Part shown: one piece after another, positions 1 to 8,421 of the stretch | Numbering within the stretch: position 1 is the stretch's first letter | Layout of the letters: every line of letters begins with the position of its first letter | Assembly: GCA_964372915.1 (NCBI GenBank) | Contig: CAYJRN010000001.1 | Span: 100,305-164,304, forward strand | From: an uncultured Planctomycetales bacterium | GTDB taxonomy: Bacteria > Omnitrophota > Gorgyraeia > Zapsychrales > JAHFFX01 | Direction: 5' to 3' | Length of the DNA stretch: 64,000 nucleotides | Notes under the pieces: generated by a model | Database searches by the model: none | What the model saw: only the letters and a program-made list of their open reading frames with translations | What the model was told of the DNA's origin: nothing | Translations under genes and position numbers: made by a program

Positions 1-2
1 TT

Positions 3-407
3 CTGACGATTATTTTGACGAGCCTCATCGGCATTGAGCGGGAAATTCGGCAAAAAGACGCGGGGCTGCGCACGCATGTCCTTGTGGGAGTGGGGTCCTG
101 CCTCATCGTATTGACTTCATTTTACATTTCTGATATATATACAGCCAGTCTCACAGATCCAACCCGCATTATCTCCAACATCGTGACCGGTATCGGTTTT
201 TTGTGCGCCGGCGCCATCATCCGCGGTGGCAGGCAAGTTGTGGGATTGACAACGGCTGCCACCCTTTGGATCGTTTCGGGGATCGGGATGTCGGTGGGAG
301 CGGGAGATTACAACGCGGCGATCGTCGTCACTATCTCGGTCATGCTTGTCCTCATTGGTTTACGCGCGGCCGAACGAATATTGGCTAAAAAATTTCATAA
401 CCAATAA
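3..407 (+). CDS. mgtC: MgtC/SapB family membrane protein, 5'-partial (frame open to window edge; first in-window start-like codon is TTG at 15)
   Basis: The reading frame has no stop back to position 3. The motif SLIGIEREIRQKDAGLRTHVLVGVGSCL matches the MgtC N-terminal membrane domain (ExERE...AGLRT). Hydrophobic segments follow. Confidence 0.72.
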   Translation: MTIILTSLIGIEREIRQKDAGLRTHVLVGVGSCLIVLTSFYISDIYTASLTDPTRIISNIVTGIGFLCAGAIIRGGRQVVGLTTAATLWIVSGIGMSVGAGDYNAAIVVTISVMLVLIGLRAAERILAKKFHNQ

Positions 408-528
408 GTCCCACGCTGCTTCCCACAGGGGACGGCTTCGCGCGCCTACTCGTCGCAGCTTTGGGATAAATTCGCACTTACACCCACTCGTTCAACGACG
501 GGGTGTGTGCTCATTTAGGGAGGTGCTT

Positions 529-1044
529 ATGGCGCTCAGAGACCGCAGAGATGCAAAAGAAAAAGATCTCAAAAGCATCGAGATCAGTGCCCAGATGCAG
601 GGAACGCTTTCCTTCAAAGACCCGGTGAATCTCAAAATCAACGGCAACTTTACCGGAACCCTTGACACCAAGGGCACGCTCACCATCGGCCATTCCGCCA
701 ATGTCGAGGCTCACATCACCGGCGAAAATATCATCATCGAAGGAAAAGTGAAAGGAGACATCGTTGCTAAAAGAATGCTGGTTCTTCTGCCTACCGCCGT
801 TTTGACCGGGAACATTTCTACCCCGAAACTCAATATCGTCGAAGGCGCCACTTTTCAGGGCCGATGCCAGATGATGGAAGATTTTCTTGATCTCGATGAA
901 TTAAGCAAATACCTCGAGATCGACCAGCCAACCATCGTGGAGCTCGTGAATTCCGGTAAAATTCCAGCCACTAAAAACGGTGACAGCTGGGTTTTTGAAC
1001 GTAATCGGATCGACAACTGGGCCGCCGCGGGGAGAATCAAATGA
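529..1044 (+). CDS. Bactofilin-domain protein fused to a C-terminal HTH_17 (excisionase/MerR-like) DNA-binding domain
   Basis: ATG at 529 sits behind GGGAGG, so the ORF-track 346 start is probably an N-extension overlapping mgtC. Repetitive beta-rich segments (NGNFTGTL, TKGTLTIG, ITGENIIIEGKVKGDIV) are typical of the bactofilin DUF583 fold. The C-terminus LSKYLEIDQPTIVELVNSGKIPATKNGDSWVFERNRIDNW matches the excisionase-family HTH pattern. Confidence 0.55.
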   Translation: MALRDRRDAKEKDLKSIEISAQMQGTLSFKDPVNLKINGNFTGTLDTKGTLTIGHSANVEAHITGENIIIEGKVKGDIVAKRMLVLLPTAVLTGNISTPKLNIVEGATFQGRCQMMEDFLDLDELSKYLEIDQPTIVELVNSGKIPATKNGDSWVFERNRIDNWAAAGRIK

Positions 1045-1346
1045 CCTCCGACCAATTCATCAGCGTCCGCGAAACCGCTCAACTCTTGAGGATTTCGGAA
1101 AAAAAAGTCATGGACATGGTCACGGAAGGAAAGCTCAGGGCCTACCGTATCGCGGACCAATTCTTACGCCTTAAAAAAACCGAAGTCATCAGCATGCACA
1201 AAGCCGGAGAGGTTAAGGCCGAAAACTTTCAATTCTCCTATTCCGCCGGTGAAAAAATCAAAGATTTTTTCTATTTCAACGATTTTTACCTATTCTCGAT
1301 CCTCATCATCGCGGGACTTTTGTATCTTATTCTTCATCTCAGTTGA
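1041..1346 (+). CDS. HTH_17 (excisionase-family) DNA-binding protein with C-terminal transmembrane helix
   Basis: The N-terminus SVRETAQLLRISEKKVMDMVTEGKLRAYRIADQFLRLKKTEV is an HTH_17-like motif. The C-terminal FYLFSILIIAGLLYLIL is a predicted TM segment. Its ATG overlaps the upstream stop (ATGA). Confidence 0.5.
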   Translation: MTSDQFISVRETAQLLRISEKKVMDMVTEGKLRAYRIADQFLRLKKTEVISMHKAGEVKAENFQFSYSAGEKIKDFFYFNDFYLFSILIIAGLLYLILHLS

Positions 1347-1705
1347 TTTTTATGAAGACATTCCATTGTATCCTCATTATATTTTTTCTGACCCTAGGCT
1401 TGAGTCTGGGGGGTTGCGCCAGCGACACGAAGGCGCGGAAAGCGGTCGATGTCATCAAAGAGAAACAAAAGAATTACGATGAGCTCATCAAGGCTTTAGC
1501 TGAGGGGGCCCTCCGTAAAGGGACTCCCGCCGTCACCATTAAGACACTCTACGGGAATCCTGATGACACTTTTGCTTCCGGCTCAATGACCGGCAGTACC
1601 GATATCTGGACTTACCATAAAATCCCTGATCCCAAAACCTCTGAGGAAGCGAAAGCCGTTCGACTTTATTTCAGCAACTCCAAATTAATCGATTGGACAT
1701 ATTGA
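1343..1705 (+). CDS. Putative lipoprotein (signal peptide with LGGC lipobox), function unknown
   Basis: The N-terminal hydrophobic leader ends in LSLGGCAS, a lipobox-like L-x-G-C. There is no recognisable catalytic motif. Confidence 0.45.
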   Translation: MIFMKTFHCILIIFFLTLGLSLGGCASDTKARKAVDVIKEKQKNYDELIKALAEGALRKGTPAVTIKTLYGNPDDTFASGSMTGSTDIWTYHKIPDPKTSEEAKAVRLYFSNSKLIDWTY

Positions 1706-1846
1706 TCCCATACAATAGAACGATGATGGCGGCGTCCCAGACTGCTCAAACAAGTGGGACGAGCCCATACAATAGAACGATGATGGCGGCGCCCCGCTAG
1801 TGAACGAAAGGGGGGCGAGCCCAATAGTAGAACGATAACGGCGGCG
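1706..1846 (+). repeat. About 56-bp tandem direct repeat (about 2.6 units), each unit ending in the first 7 nt of tRNA-Met; the last unit runs into the tRNA
   Basis: The units are (ga)gcccatacaatagaacgatgatggcggcg at 1706-1734 and 1761-1791, and gagcccaatagtagaacgataacggcggcg at 1817-1846. GGCGGCG is the 5' acceptor strand of the tRNA that starts at 1840. Confidence 0.8.
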
Positions 1847-1912
1847 TAGCTCAGCTGATAGAGCATTCGGTTCATACCCGACAGGTCAGTGGTTTAAATC
1901 CACTCGCCGCCA
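1840..1912 (+). tRNA. tRNA-Met (anticodon CAT), elongator-type (1:72 G-C pair)
   Basis: Cloverleaf: acceptor GGCGGCG/CGCCGCC, D-arm GCTC..GAGC, anticodon loop TTCATAC, T-arm AGTGG TTTAAAT CCACT. CCA is not encoded. I cannot distinguish Met from lysidine-Ile. Confidence 0.78.
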
Positions 1913-2021
1913 CTCTACTTCCTTAAATTTTTTTTTAGAAAAGTAAGTGGCATGTACTTGTTACCTTAATTTTATACAGAAAAACACGTACGCCACTTTA
2001 AGATCGTGTTTAGAGAAATTT

Positions 2022-2075
2022 GGCGGCGTACCTTCTACCACAATGTAAATGCATAAGAATAGAAGGTACGCCGCC
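2022..2075. repeat. 16-bp perfect inverted repeat (GGCGGCGTACCTTCTA ... TAGAAGGTACGCCGCC) with a 22-nt loop, upstream of the DoxX gene
   Basis: Read directly from the sequence. The left arm starts with GGCGGCGTA, the same 9-mer as the tRNA-Met 5' end. Confidence 0.75.
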
Positions 2076-2115
2076 CCCCGTTACAATATTTCAAAAATCA
2101 GAGGAGGGGAGACTT

Positions 2116-2532
2116 ATGAACTTAAGCAAACATAGAGATCTCGGATTGCTCATACTTCGCGTAGGGATTGGGATCATGTTTGTTCTTCATGGTTATCCTA
2201 AAATCAGCGGTGGTCCGGCGATGTGGGAAAAAATCGGGATGGCCACAGGGGCTATTGGAATCCACTTTGCCCCTGTCTTTTTTGGTTTGCTGGCAGCCCT
2301 TTCGGAATTTGGGGGAGGCATTTGCCTTATCCTGGGATTTCTTTTCCGCCCGGCCTGTTTCTTTTTAACGATCACCATGGCCATGGCTGCTACCATGCAT
2401 ATTCTAAAAGGTGATGGCGTCTTAGTCGCATCTCATGCCATTGAATTAGGGATTGTCTTTTTAAGTCTTATCTTTATTGGTCCCGGATATTACAGTTTTG
2501 ATGAAAAAGTGAACATCTCGATAAAAAAATAA
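2116..2532 (+). CDS. DoxX family membrane protein
   Basis: ATG at 2116 sits behind GGAGGGG. The protein has four hydrophobic helices and the LLILRVGIGIMFVLHGYPK start typical of DoxX. The ORF-track start at 2020 would run through the inverted repeat. Confidence 0.7.
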   Translation: MNLSKHRDLGLLILRVGIGIMFVLHGYPKISGGPAMWEKIGMATGAIGIHFAPVFFGLLAALSEFGGGICLILGFLFRPACFFLTITMAMAATMHILKGDGVLVASHAIELGIVFLSLIFIGPGYYSFDEKVNISIKK

Positions 2533-2540
2533 AGGATGTC

Positions 2541-3083
2541 GTGCAACAGAAAATTTTATCGGCTGTGATCGGCTTGTCTCTGGGCATATTCACAACAAAC
2601 CTTACGATGAGAGAATCGGCAGCAGAATCTCTCTTCGGCCCCTCGGAGACTTATAACAAAGTCCCGGTGGCCCGGGTCCTTACGGTCGATACGTTTCTTT
2701 TGGAAAACGGAGAGAAGATCAAAATGATTGGGCTTAGCGCCCCGGCGAAACCGCGTAAAAAAGAAGTCAAAAAAGATAAATACGGATTTGTGATTGAAGA
2801 ATTCAATCCGGAAACACCCCTGGAGGAGAAGGCTTTTGATTTCGCAAAACAATTGCTGGAAGGCAAGGAGGTCCGGCTGGAATTCGACAACGAGAAAAAA
2901 TCGCCGGATTTCGAAACTTGGGCCTATGTCTTTCTTACCGATAAAACTTTTGTCAACGCCGAAATCCTGCGCCAGGGGTTCGCCAATTTGAATCTTACCC
3001 CTGCCAATCAAAAATACGACAAAGAATTAAGAGGAGCCTACCAGGAAGCCCATCGGGAAAAACGCGGGTTGCAGGGGCAATGA
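2541..3083 (+). CDS. Secreted SNase-like (thermonuclease fold) domain protein, active-site motif apparently degenerate
   Basis: An N-terminal signal-like segment is present. The VLTVDTFLLENGEKIKMIGLSAPA region aligns to the SNase VIDGDT...RLIGIDTPE core. The DTPE positions read SAPA here, so nuclease activity is doubtful. Confidence 0.55.
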   Translation: MQQKILSAVIGLSLGIFTTNLTMRESAAESLFGPSETYNKVPVARVLTVDTFLLENGEKIKMIGLSAPAKPRKKEVKKDKYGFVIEEFNPETPLEEKAFDFAKQLLEGKEVRLEFDNEKKSPDFETWAYVFLTDKTFVNAEILRQGFANLNLTPANQKYDKELRGAYQEAHREKRGLQGQ

Positions 3084-3090
3084 ACTTCGC

Positions 3091-4077
3091 ATGGATCTCT
3101 TTAAAAAAGTTCAACAAGCGATCGTTGACAACCATTTACTGAAAGCCGGAGACCATGTCCTTATCGGTGTCTCTGGCGGACCGGATTCCATGGCCCTTAT
3201 GCATATCCTCAAGGGTCTTCGCTACGAACTGGGAATCCAGATTTCCGTGGCCCATCTCAATCATAATTTGCGCAAAAATTCGGCGCGCGATGAAAATTTC
3301 GTCCGAACTCGCGCCTCAAGACTGAATCTTAAGTTCAGTTCTGGCTCTATCCGCATCAAAAAATCTCCAGGAAGATCTTCTTTAGAGGAAGCTGCCCGAC
3401 AGGCACGCTTCGATTTTCTCATCCACACCGCAAAAAAGCTCAAGGCGAACACGGTGGCCCTGGCGCACACGCGAGATGAGCTTGCCGAAACAGTTCTCAT
3501 GCGAATTCTGCGAGGCAGCGGCCTTGAGGGACTGCGGAGCATCTTGCCGAAGCGAGAGATTAGAGGGATGACATTTATCCGTCCATTCCTCTCGATTGAA
3601 AAAAAAGAACTCCTGGCCTTTCTTAAAAAAAATAGGATTCCGTTCCTCCTCGATTCCACCAACAAGAACACCGATTTTTTTCGCAACAAAATTCGACTCA
3701 AGCTTTTACCGCTTTTAGAGAAAGACTATCAGCCCAATATTAGAGAAGTCCTGTCGAATCTCGCGGATGTCAGTGCGCTCGATTATGATTTCATTGCTGA
3801 AACTGGGAAGGGGCTCTTGAAAAAAACCTTAAAGGCGTCCTCAAATCCTAAAATCACCTACCTCAATACGGAAATTCTGAAACGACAGCATCCGGCACTC
3901 GAGCGGTTTTTGATTCGAGAAACCCTCGCCATTCTTAAAAAAAGTCCATACAACTTCTCTCTTCATCATACCCAACAGGTGCAGAACCTTAGCAATAAAA
4001 AGGCAGGAAGTCAGCTGCTTTTGCCCAATGGCATCCTCCTCACCAAAAAAACCGGCTGTCTTAAATTTGTCGCTTAA
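3091..4077 (+). CDS. tilS: tRNA(Ile)-lysidine synthetase
   Basis: The PP-loop motif SGGPDS is at the N-terminus. The ~330-aa length and position immediately upstream of ftsH match the conserved tilS-ftsH neighbourhood. Confidence 0.85.
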   Translation: MDLFKKVQQAIVDNHLLKAGDHVLIGVSGGPDSMALMHILKGLRYELGIQISVAHLNHNLRKNSARDENFVRTRASRLNLKFSSGSIRIKKSPGRSSLEEAARQARFDFLIHTAKKLKANTVALAHTRDELAETVLMRILRGSGLEGLRSILPKREIRGMTFIRPFLSIEKKELLAFLKKNRIPFLLDSTNKNTDFFRNKIRLKLLPLLEKDYQPNIREVLSNLADVSALDYDFIAETGKGLLKKTLKASSNPKITYLNTEILKRQHPALERFLIRETLAILKKSPYNFSLHHTQQVQNLSNKKAGSQLLLPNGILLTKKTGCLKFVA

Positions 4078-4186
4078 GACCATCGGCTTCACCCGGAGGC
4101 GGACAGGCAGGCGAGCGGGCCGTCAATAGACGGGCCGTGAATAAAAGCTTGAATAAACCGTCTGATACGCTATAATCTTTTAACTT

Positions 4187-4375
4187 ATTGACGATTGTTC
4201 CTCTAAAGAGGGTTCTTCCAAGAGAACAATCGTCGAGATACTGACCTTCCTTAATGTTATTGGAAAGAAAAAGGTCAGTATACGGTAATTTTTATTTGCA
4301 GGAAAAACTACAGGCCTCCGCATAATGTACTGTAATATTTTTCGATTATTCTCGATGAACGGAGGCCAGTACCGT
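4187..4375. repeat. Dispersed intergenic repeat, family R1, copy 1 (hairpin modules)
   Basis: ttgacgattgttcctctaaagagggttcttccaagagaacaatcgtcg plus gagatactgacc...ggtcagta are shared with 24296-24475. The aGGCCTCCGcataa...CGGAGGCCagtac hairpin is shared with 39225-39292. Confidence 0.65.
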
Positions 4376-4386
4376 TCGCTATTGCT

Positions 4387-6306
4387 TTGAAGGATGTCTG
4401 TATGAACATGAACAAAAGTCAAAAACTCAAAATAAAAAGACCACACGGGCGAATCCCTCCTCAAGGCGAGACTCCCCCCAACAACAATTGGTTCTTGTGG
4501 GCGGGAATGGTTTTATTGGCACTGCTTTTTTTAAGCCAGCCGAATTTGAACTCGATGACGCCCAGGCAGGAAATGAAATACAGTGAATTTTACGCGCGCC
4601 TTGAGAAAAACAAAGAGACCAGCGACATTCAAAAGCTCTCCTTGACGGACAATATCATTACCGGAAGCCTCAAAAACGGAAACACCTTCACCGTCCATAT
4701 CCCCACCGACGACAAGGCTATTATGGATCTCATCCGAGAAAACGTGAACGACTTCGAGGTCGTACCAGCCAAGACATTTTGGGCGAACCTTTTCTTTACC
4801 TTTATGCCGGTCCTTGTCTTTGTCGCTTTGCTCTGGTTCGTCTCTTATCGCGGAGCGCAGGTGGGAAACAAGATTTGGTCGTTCGGCAAATCGCGGGCCA
4901 AGATGAACAACAAGAACATGACAATCACCTTCAACGACGTCGCCGGGGTCGATGAGGCCAAGGAAGAGCTGCAGGAAATCATTGAATTCTTAAAAGAGCC
5001 TAAGAGGTTTCAACGGCTCGGAGGAAAGATTCCCAAAGGCGTTCTCTTGATTGGCCCGCCGGGAACCGGCAAGACACTTTTGGCCAAGGCTGTCTCGGGC
5101 GAAGCCGATGTTCCATTTTTCTCTTTGAGCGGCTCAGATTTCGTTGAGATGTTCGTAGGGGTAGGCGCTTCGCGCGTACGCGACCTCTTTGAACAGGGCC
5201 GTAAGGCGTCAAAGACCTCCGGCAAAGGCTGCATTATTTTCATCGATGAGATTGATGCCGTAGGACGTTTACGCTTCTCAGGAATCGGCGGAGGACATGA
5301 TGAGCGGGAACAGACATTAAACGCACTTCTGGTCGAAATGGACGGATTCGACACGCAGCATGGTCTCATCATCGTTGCCGCGACCAACCGGCCCGATACC
5401 CTCGATCCGGCGCTTTTGCGCCCCGGGCGTTTCGATCGACAGATTGTCGTCAGCCTTCCGGACCTTGTAGGACGCGAAGCTATTTTGAAGGTCCACACCA
5501 AAAATATCAAACTGGCCGGGAATGTCGATCTTAAAAAAGTGGCTCGGCAGACGGTTTATTTCTCCGGTGCGGATCTGGCCAATGTTTGTAACGAGGGAGC
5601 TCTCCTCGCGGCCCGTCGCAATAAAGACGCCGTGGGACAGGAAGAAATGGAAGCCGCGATTGAACGCGTCATCATGGGGCCGGAAAAAAAGAGCCATGTC
5701 ATTTCAAAGAAAGAACGGGAGATTACCGCTTATCATGAAGCCGGACACGCGCTCTTATCTTTGCTACTGGAGGAAGTCGATACCTTCACGAAAGTCTCTA
5801 TCATTCCCCGAGGCATGGCCGGCGGCTATACTTTGACTCCTCCCATGGAAGACCGGCATTATTCCAGCAAAAAAGAATTGTTGGGGGCACTGTGTGTGAT
5901 CTTAGGCGGAAGGGCCGCGGAAGAAATTTGCTTACACGACGTCACAACGGGCGCCCAAAGTGATTTTCAAAACGCCACCCACACCGCCCGCAAAATGATC
6001 TGCGTCTACGGAATGAGCGAAAAACTCGGACCCATGACCTTGGGGCACCATCACCATCAGGTGTTCTTAGGCAGAGACATGATGGAGCAAAAAGATTACA
6101 GCGAAGAGACCGCCCGTCTCATTGATGAAGAAATCAAAGCCGTCATCGACTCGGCTTATGCCCGGGCCAAGAAACTATTATCCGACAACCGGGATAAGCT
6201 TGAGATTCTCACAAGGAAACTCATGGAAAAAGAGACGCTGGACATTGAAGAGGTCCGGGTGCTTTTGGGGATTGCAGACACCCAAAAGCAAACCGCCGAT
6301 ACCTAA
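4387..6306 (+). CDS. ftsH: ATP-dependent zinc metalloprotease FtsH
   Basis: N-terminal TM helices, Walker A GPPGTGKT, the AAA second region of homology, and the zinc motif HEAGHA. Confidence 0.95.
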   Translation: MKDVCMNMNKSQKLKIKRPHGRIPPQGETPPNNNWFLWAGMVLLALLFLSQPNLNSMTPRQEMKYSEFYARLEKNKETSDIQKLSLTDNIITGSLKNGNTFTVHIPTDDKAIMDLIRENVNDFEVVPAKTFWANLFFTFMPVLVFVALLWFVSYRGAQVGNKIWSFGKSRAKMNNKNMTITFNDVAGVDEAKEELQEIIEFLKEPKRFQRLGGKIPKGVLLIGPPGTGKTLLAKAVSGEADVPFFSLSGSDFVEMFVGVGASRVRDLFEQGRKASKTSGKGCIIFIDEIDAVGRLRFSGIGGGHDEREQTLNALLVEMDGFDTQHGLIIVAATNRPDTLDPALLRPGRFDRQIVVSLPDLVGREAILKVHTKNIKLAGNVDLKKVARQTVYFSGADLANVCNEGALLAARRNKDAVGQEEMEAAIERVIMGPEKKSHVISKKEREITAYHEAGHALLSLLLEEVDTFTKVSIIPRGMAGGYTLTPPMEDRHYSSKKELLGALCVILGGRAAEEICLHDVTTGAQSDFQNATHTARKMICVYGMSEKLGPMTLGHHHHQVFLGRDMMEQKDYSEETARLIDEEIKAVIDSAYARAKKLLSDNRDKLEILTRKLMEKETLDIEEVRVLLGIADTQKQTADT

Positions 6307-6350
6307 TTTTATCTTTCCCGTCTTCCTAAAAACAATTAACCGCTAAAACC

Positions 6351-7277
6351 GTGCCCACCTTTACCCCTTTCAAAAGAAAGTCTTTTCTTTTAAAGGCCGG
6401 AGCTCACCGTATTGCCTTAGGTGAAAAAACCCGAATCATGGGAATCCTCAACCTGACGCCGGATTCTTTTAGTTTAGATGGTTGCCTCGCCCGCGGGAAA
6501 AATGACCCGGCGCGAAACGCTCAGCGGGCCCTTACAATGATTCTTGAGGGAGCCGACATCGTTGATATCGGAGGAGAGTCCACCCGTCCCGGAGCCAAAC
6601 CAATTTCGGCGAATGAAGAAATCCAACGCACGATTCCCACCATCAAACGCTTGAAGAAATTAACAAAGACCCCCATCTCCGTCGATACCTACAAACCGCA
6701 AGTGGCTCAAGCCGCCCTCGAAGCGGGAGCGAGTATCGTCAATGACATCCGGGGCACACAACCTGATCGCAAACTTCTGCGGTTAGTCGAAGGATACAAA
6801 GCGGCCGTCGTCCTCATGCACATCCAAGGGAACTCCAGAACCATGCAGAAAAATATTTCCTACCGGAATCTCATGGAAGAAATCATTTCCGCTTTAGAGA
6901 AATCTATCGAAATTTGCTTGGAAATCGGTATCAAATCGGATAGAATTATTATCGATCCAGGGATCGGATTTGGGAAAACCGTCGAACACAACCTCGAGAT
7001 CATCCGTCGTTTAAGGGAACTGTCCCGTTTGAATTTCCCGGTTCTCTTAGGACCATCACGCAAATCCTTCATCGGAGAAATCCTTAAGAAAGACGTGGGA
7101 GAAAGACTTGAGGGTACCGTTGCCGCGGTTTGTGCCGGGGTGATGAACACCGCGCATATCGTCAGGATCCATGACGTTGCTCAAATCCGGGATGCCGTCA
7201 CAATGATGGATGCCATCTTGAATGACCGGCCTGCCTACCGCAGGCCGGCCTTCGAGTGGGACAAAACCTTAACCTGA
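6351..7277 (+). CDS. folP: Dihydropteroate synthase
   Basis: MGILNLTPDSFS and DIVDIGGESTRPGA are pterin-binding DHPS motifs. It follows ftsH as in many bacteria. Confidence 0.9.
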   Translation: MPTFTPFKRKSFLLKAGAHRIALGEKTRIMGILNLTPDSFSLDGCLARGKNDPARNAQRALTMILEGADIVDIGGESTRPGAKPISANEEIQRTIPTIKRLKKLTKTPISVDTYKPQVAQAALEAGASIVNDIRGTQPDRKLLRLVEGYKAAVVLMHIQGNSRTMQKNISYRNLMEEIISALEKSIEICLEIGIKSDRIIIDPGIGFGKTVEHNLEIIRRLRELSRLNFPVLLGPSRKSFIGEILKKDVGERLEGTVAAVCAGVMNTAHIVRIHDVAQIRDAVTMMDAILNDRPAYRRPAFEWDKTLT

Positions 7278-7292
7278 AAACATTACTATAAA

Positions 7293-8063
7293 ATGCCCGT
7301 TGCCCTTTGGTTCACGATCATCAAACCCGTCATCGAGATTTTTGTTCTGTGGGTGGTTTTTTATCAAATCCTGATTTTCTTTGAAGGCACCCGCGCGTTC
7401 CAGGTCTTGAAAGGAATCACATATGTTTTGATTGCCTTTCTTGTATCTCAGATCCTGGGGTTCGACATCTTAAACTGGCTGTTGACCAAATTCTTCGGCA
7501 TTTCGATCATCGCCGTTCTCATCATCTTCCAGCAGGAATTGCGCCATGGGCTGGCAAGGCTGGGGCAACAACATCTTTTTAACATTACCTTGGAAGAGGC
7601 CGAGATTGTTGCCATCATCGAAGAAATTACCGAAGCGGCGTATCGTCTCTCCAAACGGAAAAATGGATGCATCATCGCGATCGAGCGTGATACCAAACTT
7701 AAGACCTACATCGAGAGCGGTGTCATGATCGATGGCAAGGTGAGCACTGAACTTTTAACAAGTATTTTTAATCCGTTGTCGCCGTTGCACGATGGGGGGG
7801 TTATTACCCGCGGCGAAAGGATTGTCGCGGCCGCGTGTCTTTTCCCGCTTTCGGAGAACCCGAATTTCAACAAGATCATCGGGACAAGGCACCGGGCCGC
7901 CATCGGCTTGACAGAGCAGACAGACGCGGTCGTCGTCTTGGTGTCGGAAGAGACTGGAGAAATTTCGGTTGCCACCGACGGCCGATTCATCCCCATCGTC
8001 AACAAAGAACGCCTCATCAACATTTTGAAGAATCTTTTGGTCGCGCCAAAGAAAAAGAAATGA
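7293..8063 (+). CDS. cdaA: Diadenylate cyclase CdaA (DAC domain, 3 N-terminal TM helices)
   Basis: The DAC core reads IIAIERDTKL...LHDGGVITRGERIVAAACLFPLSE...GTRHRAAIGLTEQTDAVVVLVSEETGEIS. Confidence 0.9.
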   Translation: MPVALWFTIIKPVIEIFVLWVVFYQILIFFEGTRAFQVLKGITYVLIAFLVSQILGFDILNWLLTKFFGISIIAVLIIFQQELRHGLARLGQQHLFNITLEEAEIVAIIEEITEAAYRLSKRKNGCIIAIERDTKLKTYIESGVMIDGKVSTELLTSIFNPLSPLHDGGVITRGERIVAAACLFPLSENPNFNKIIGTRHRAAIGLTEQTDAVVVLVSEETGEISVATDGRFIPIVNKERLINILKNLLVAPKKKK

Positions 8064-8170
8064 TCAAAAAGTGGGTCACGCATAATATTATCCTAAAGCT
8101 CATCGCCCTGGGACTTGCCGTCATCACCTGGATTTATGTCAATGATGAACTGGGCAGGCATATCCGATAG
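8060..8170 (+). pseudogene. cdaR: 36-codon stub resembling the N-terminal TM helix of CdaR (YbbR); CdaR appears truncated
   Basis: MIKKWVTHNIILKLIALGLAVITWIYVN resembles the YbbR/CdaR N-terminus. Its ATG overlaps the cdaA stop (ATGA), as in cdaA-cdaR operons. A stop follows after 36 codons, and no YbbR repeats follow in any frame. Confidence 0.5.
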
Positions 8171-8420
8171 CCGGACCTTCCTGAAAATGGAGCCCCACGG
8201 GCAAGCCCGTGGTACCAAAATATTCTGCTTCGCAGGAATTATCCGCCCGATTCTTTTGAGCTTGGCCGGGGGGGGAAATCTCGCCGAAGCAAGGCTCGCA
8301 TTTCCGCCAAAAATCTTCGATTTTTGGCGAGATCTCACCCCGCTTTGCGGGGCGGACATCCACCCCGCAGTACTTTTGCGGGGTGGTCTTTCGCGAAGGC
8401 GGATAAATTCCAATTCTTCC
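8171..8420. other. GC-rich non-coding segment packed with hairpins
   Basis: CCACGGGCaagGCCCGTGG; ATCTCGCCGAAG...TTTGGCGAGAT; CCCCGCtttgCGGGG; CCACCCCGCagtacttttGCGGGGTGG. No ORF here has recognisable similarity. Confidence 0.45.
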
Positions 8421-8421
8421 T

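Noticed and set aside
529-1346. Integrated mobile element or prophage boundary, suggested by the excisionase-family HTH genes next to a tRNA with repeats
   Set aside because: No integrase, recombinase, phage or conjugation genes are in the window, and the flanking genes are housekeeping. The HTH_17 fold is also common in ordinary regulators.
2020-2115. N-terminal extension of the DoxX ORF (ORF-track start 2020)
   Set aside because: The extension would be translated through the 16-bp inverted-repeat hairpin and has no RBS. ATG 2116 has a GGAGGGG RBS and begins the conserved DoxX sequence.
8171-8420. SRP RNA, tmRNA, RNase P RNA or a c-di-AMP (ydaO) riboswitch in the hairpin-rich segment after the cdaR stub
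   Set aside because: I could not find the conserved cores (SRP GGAAGCAGC region, tmRNA tag and 3' tRNA-like end, ydaO CCCGAACC/GCUAACC motifs). The question stays open and I note it only as a structured non-coding segment.
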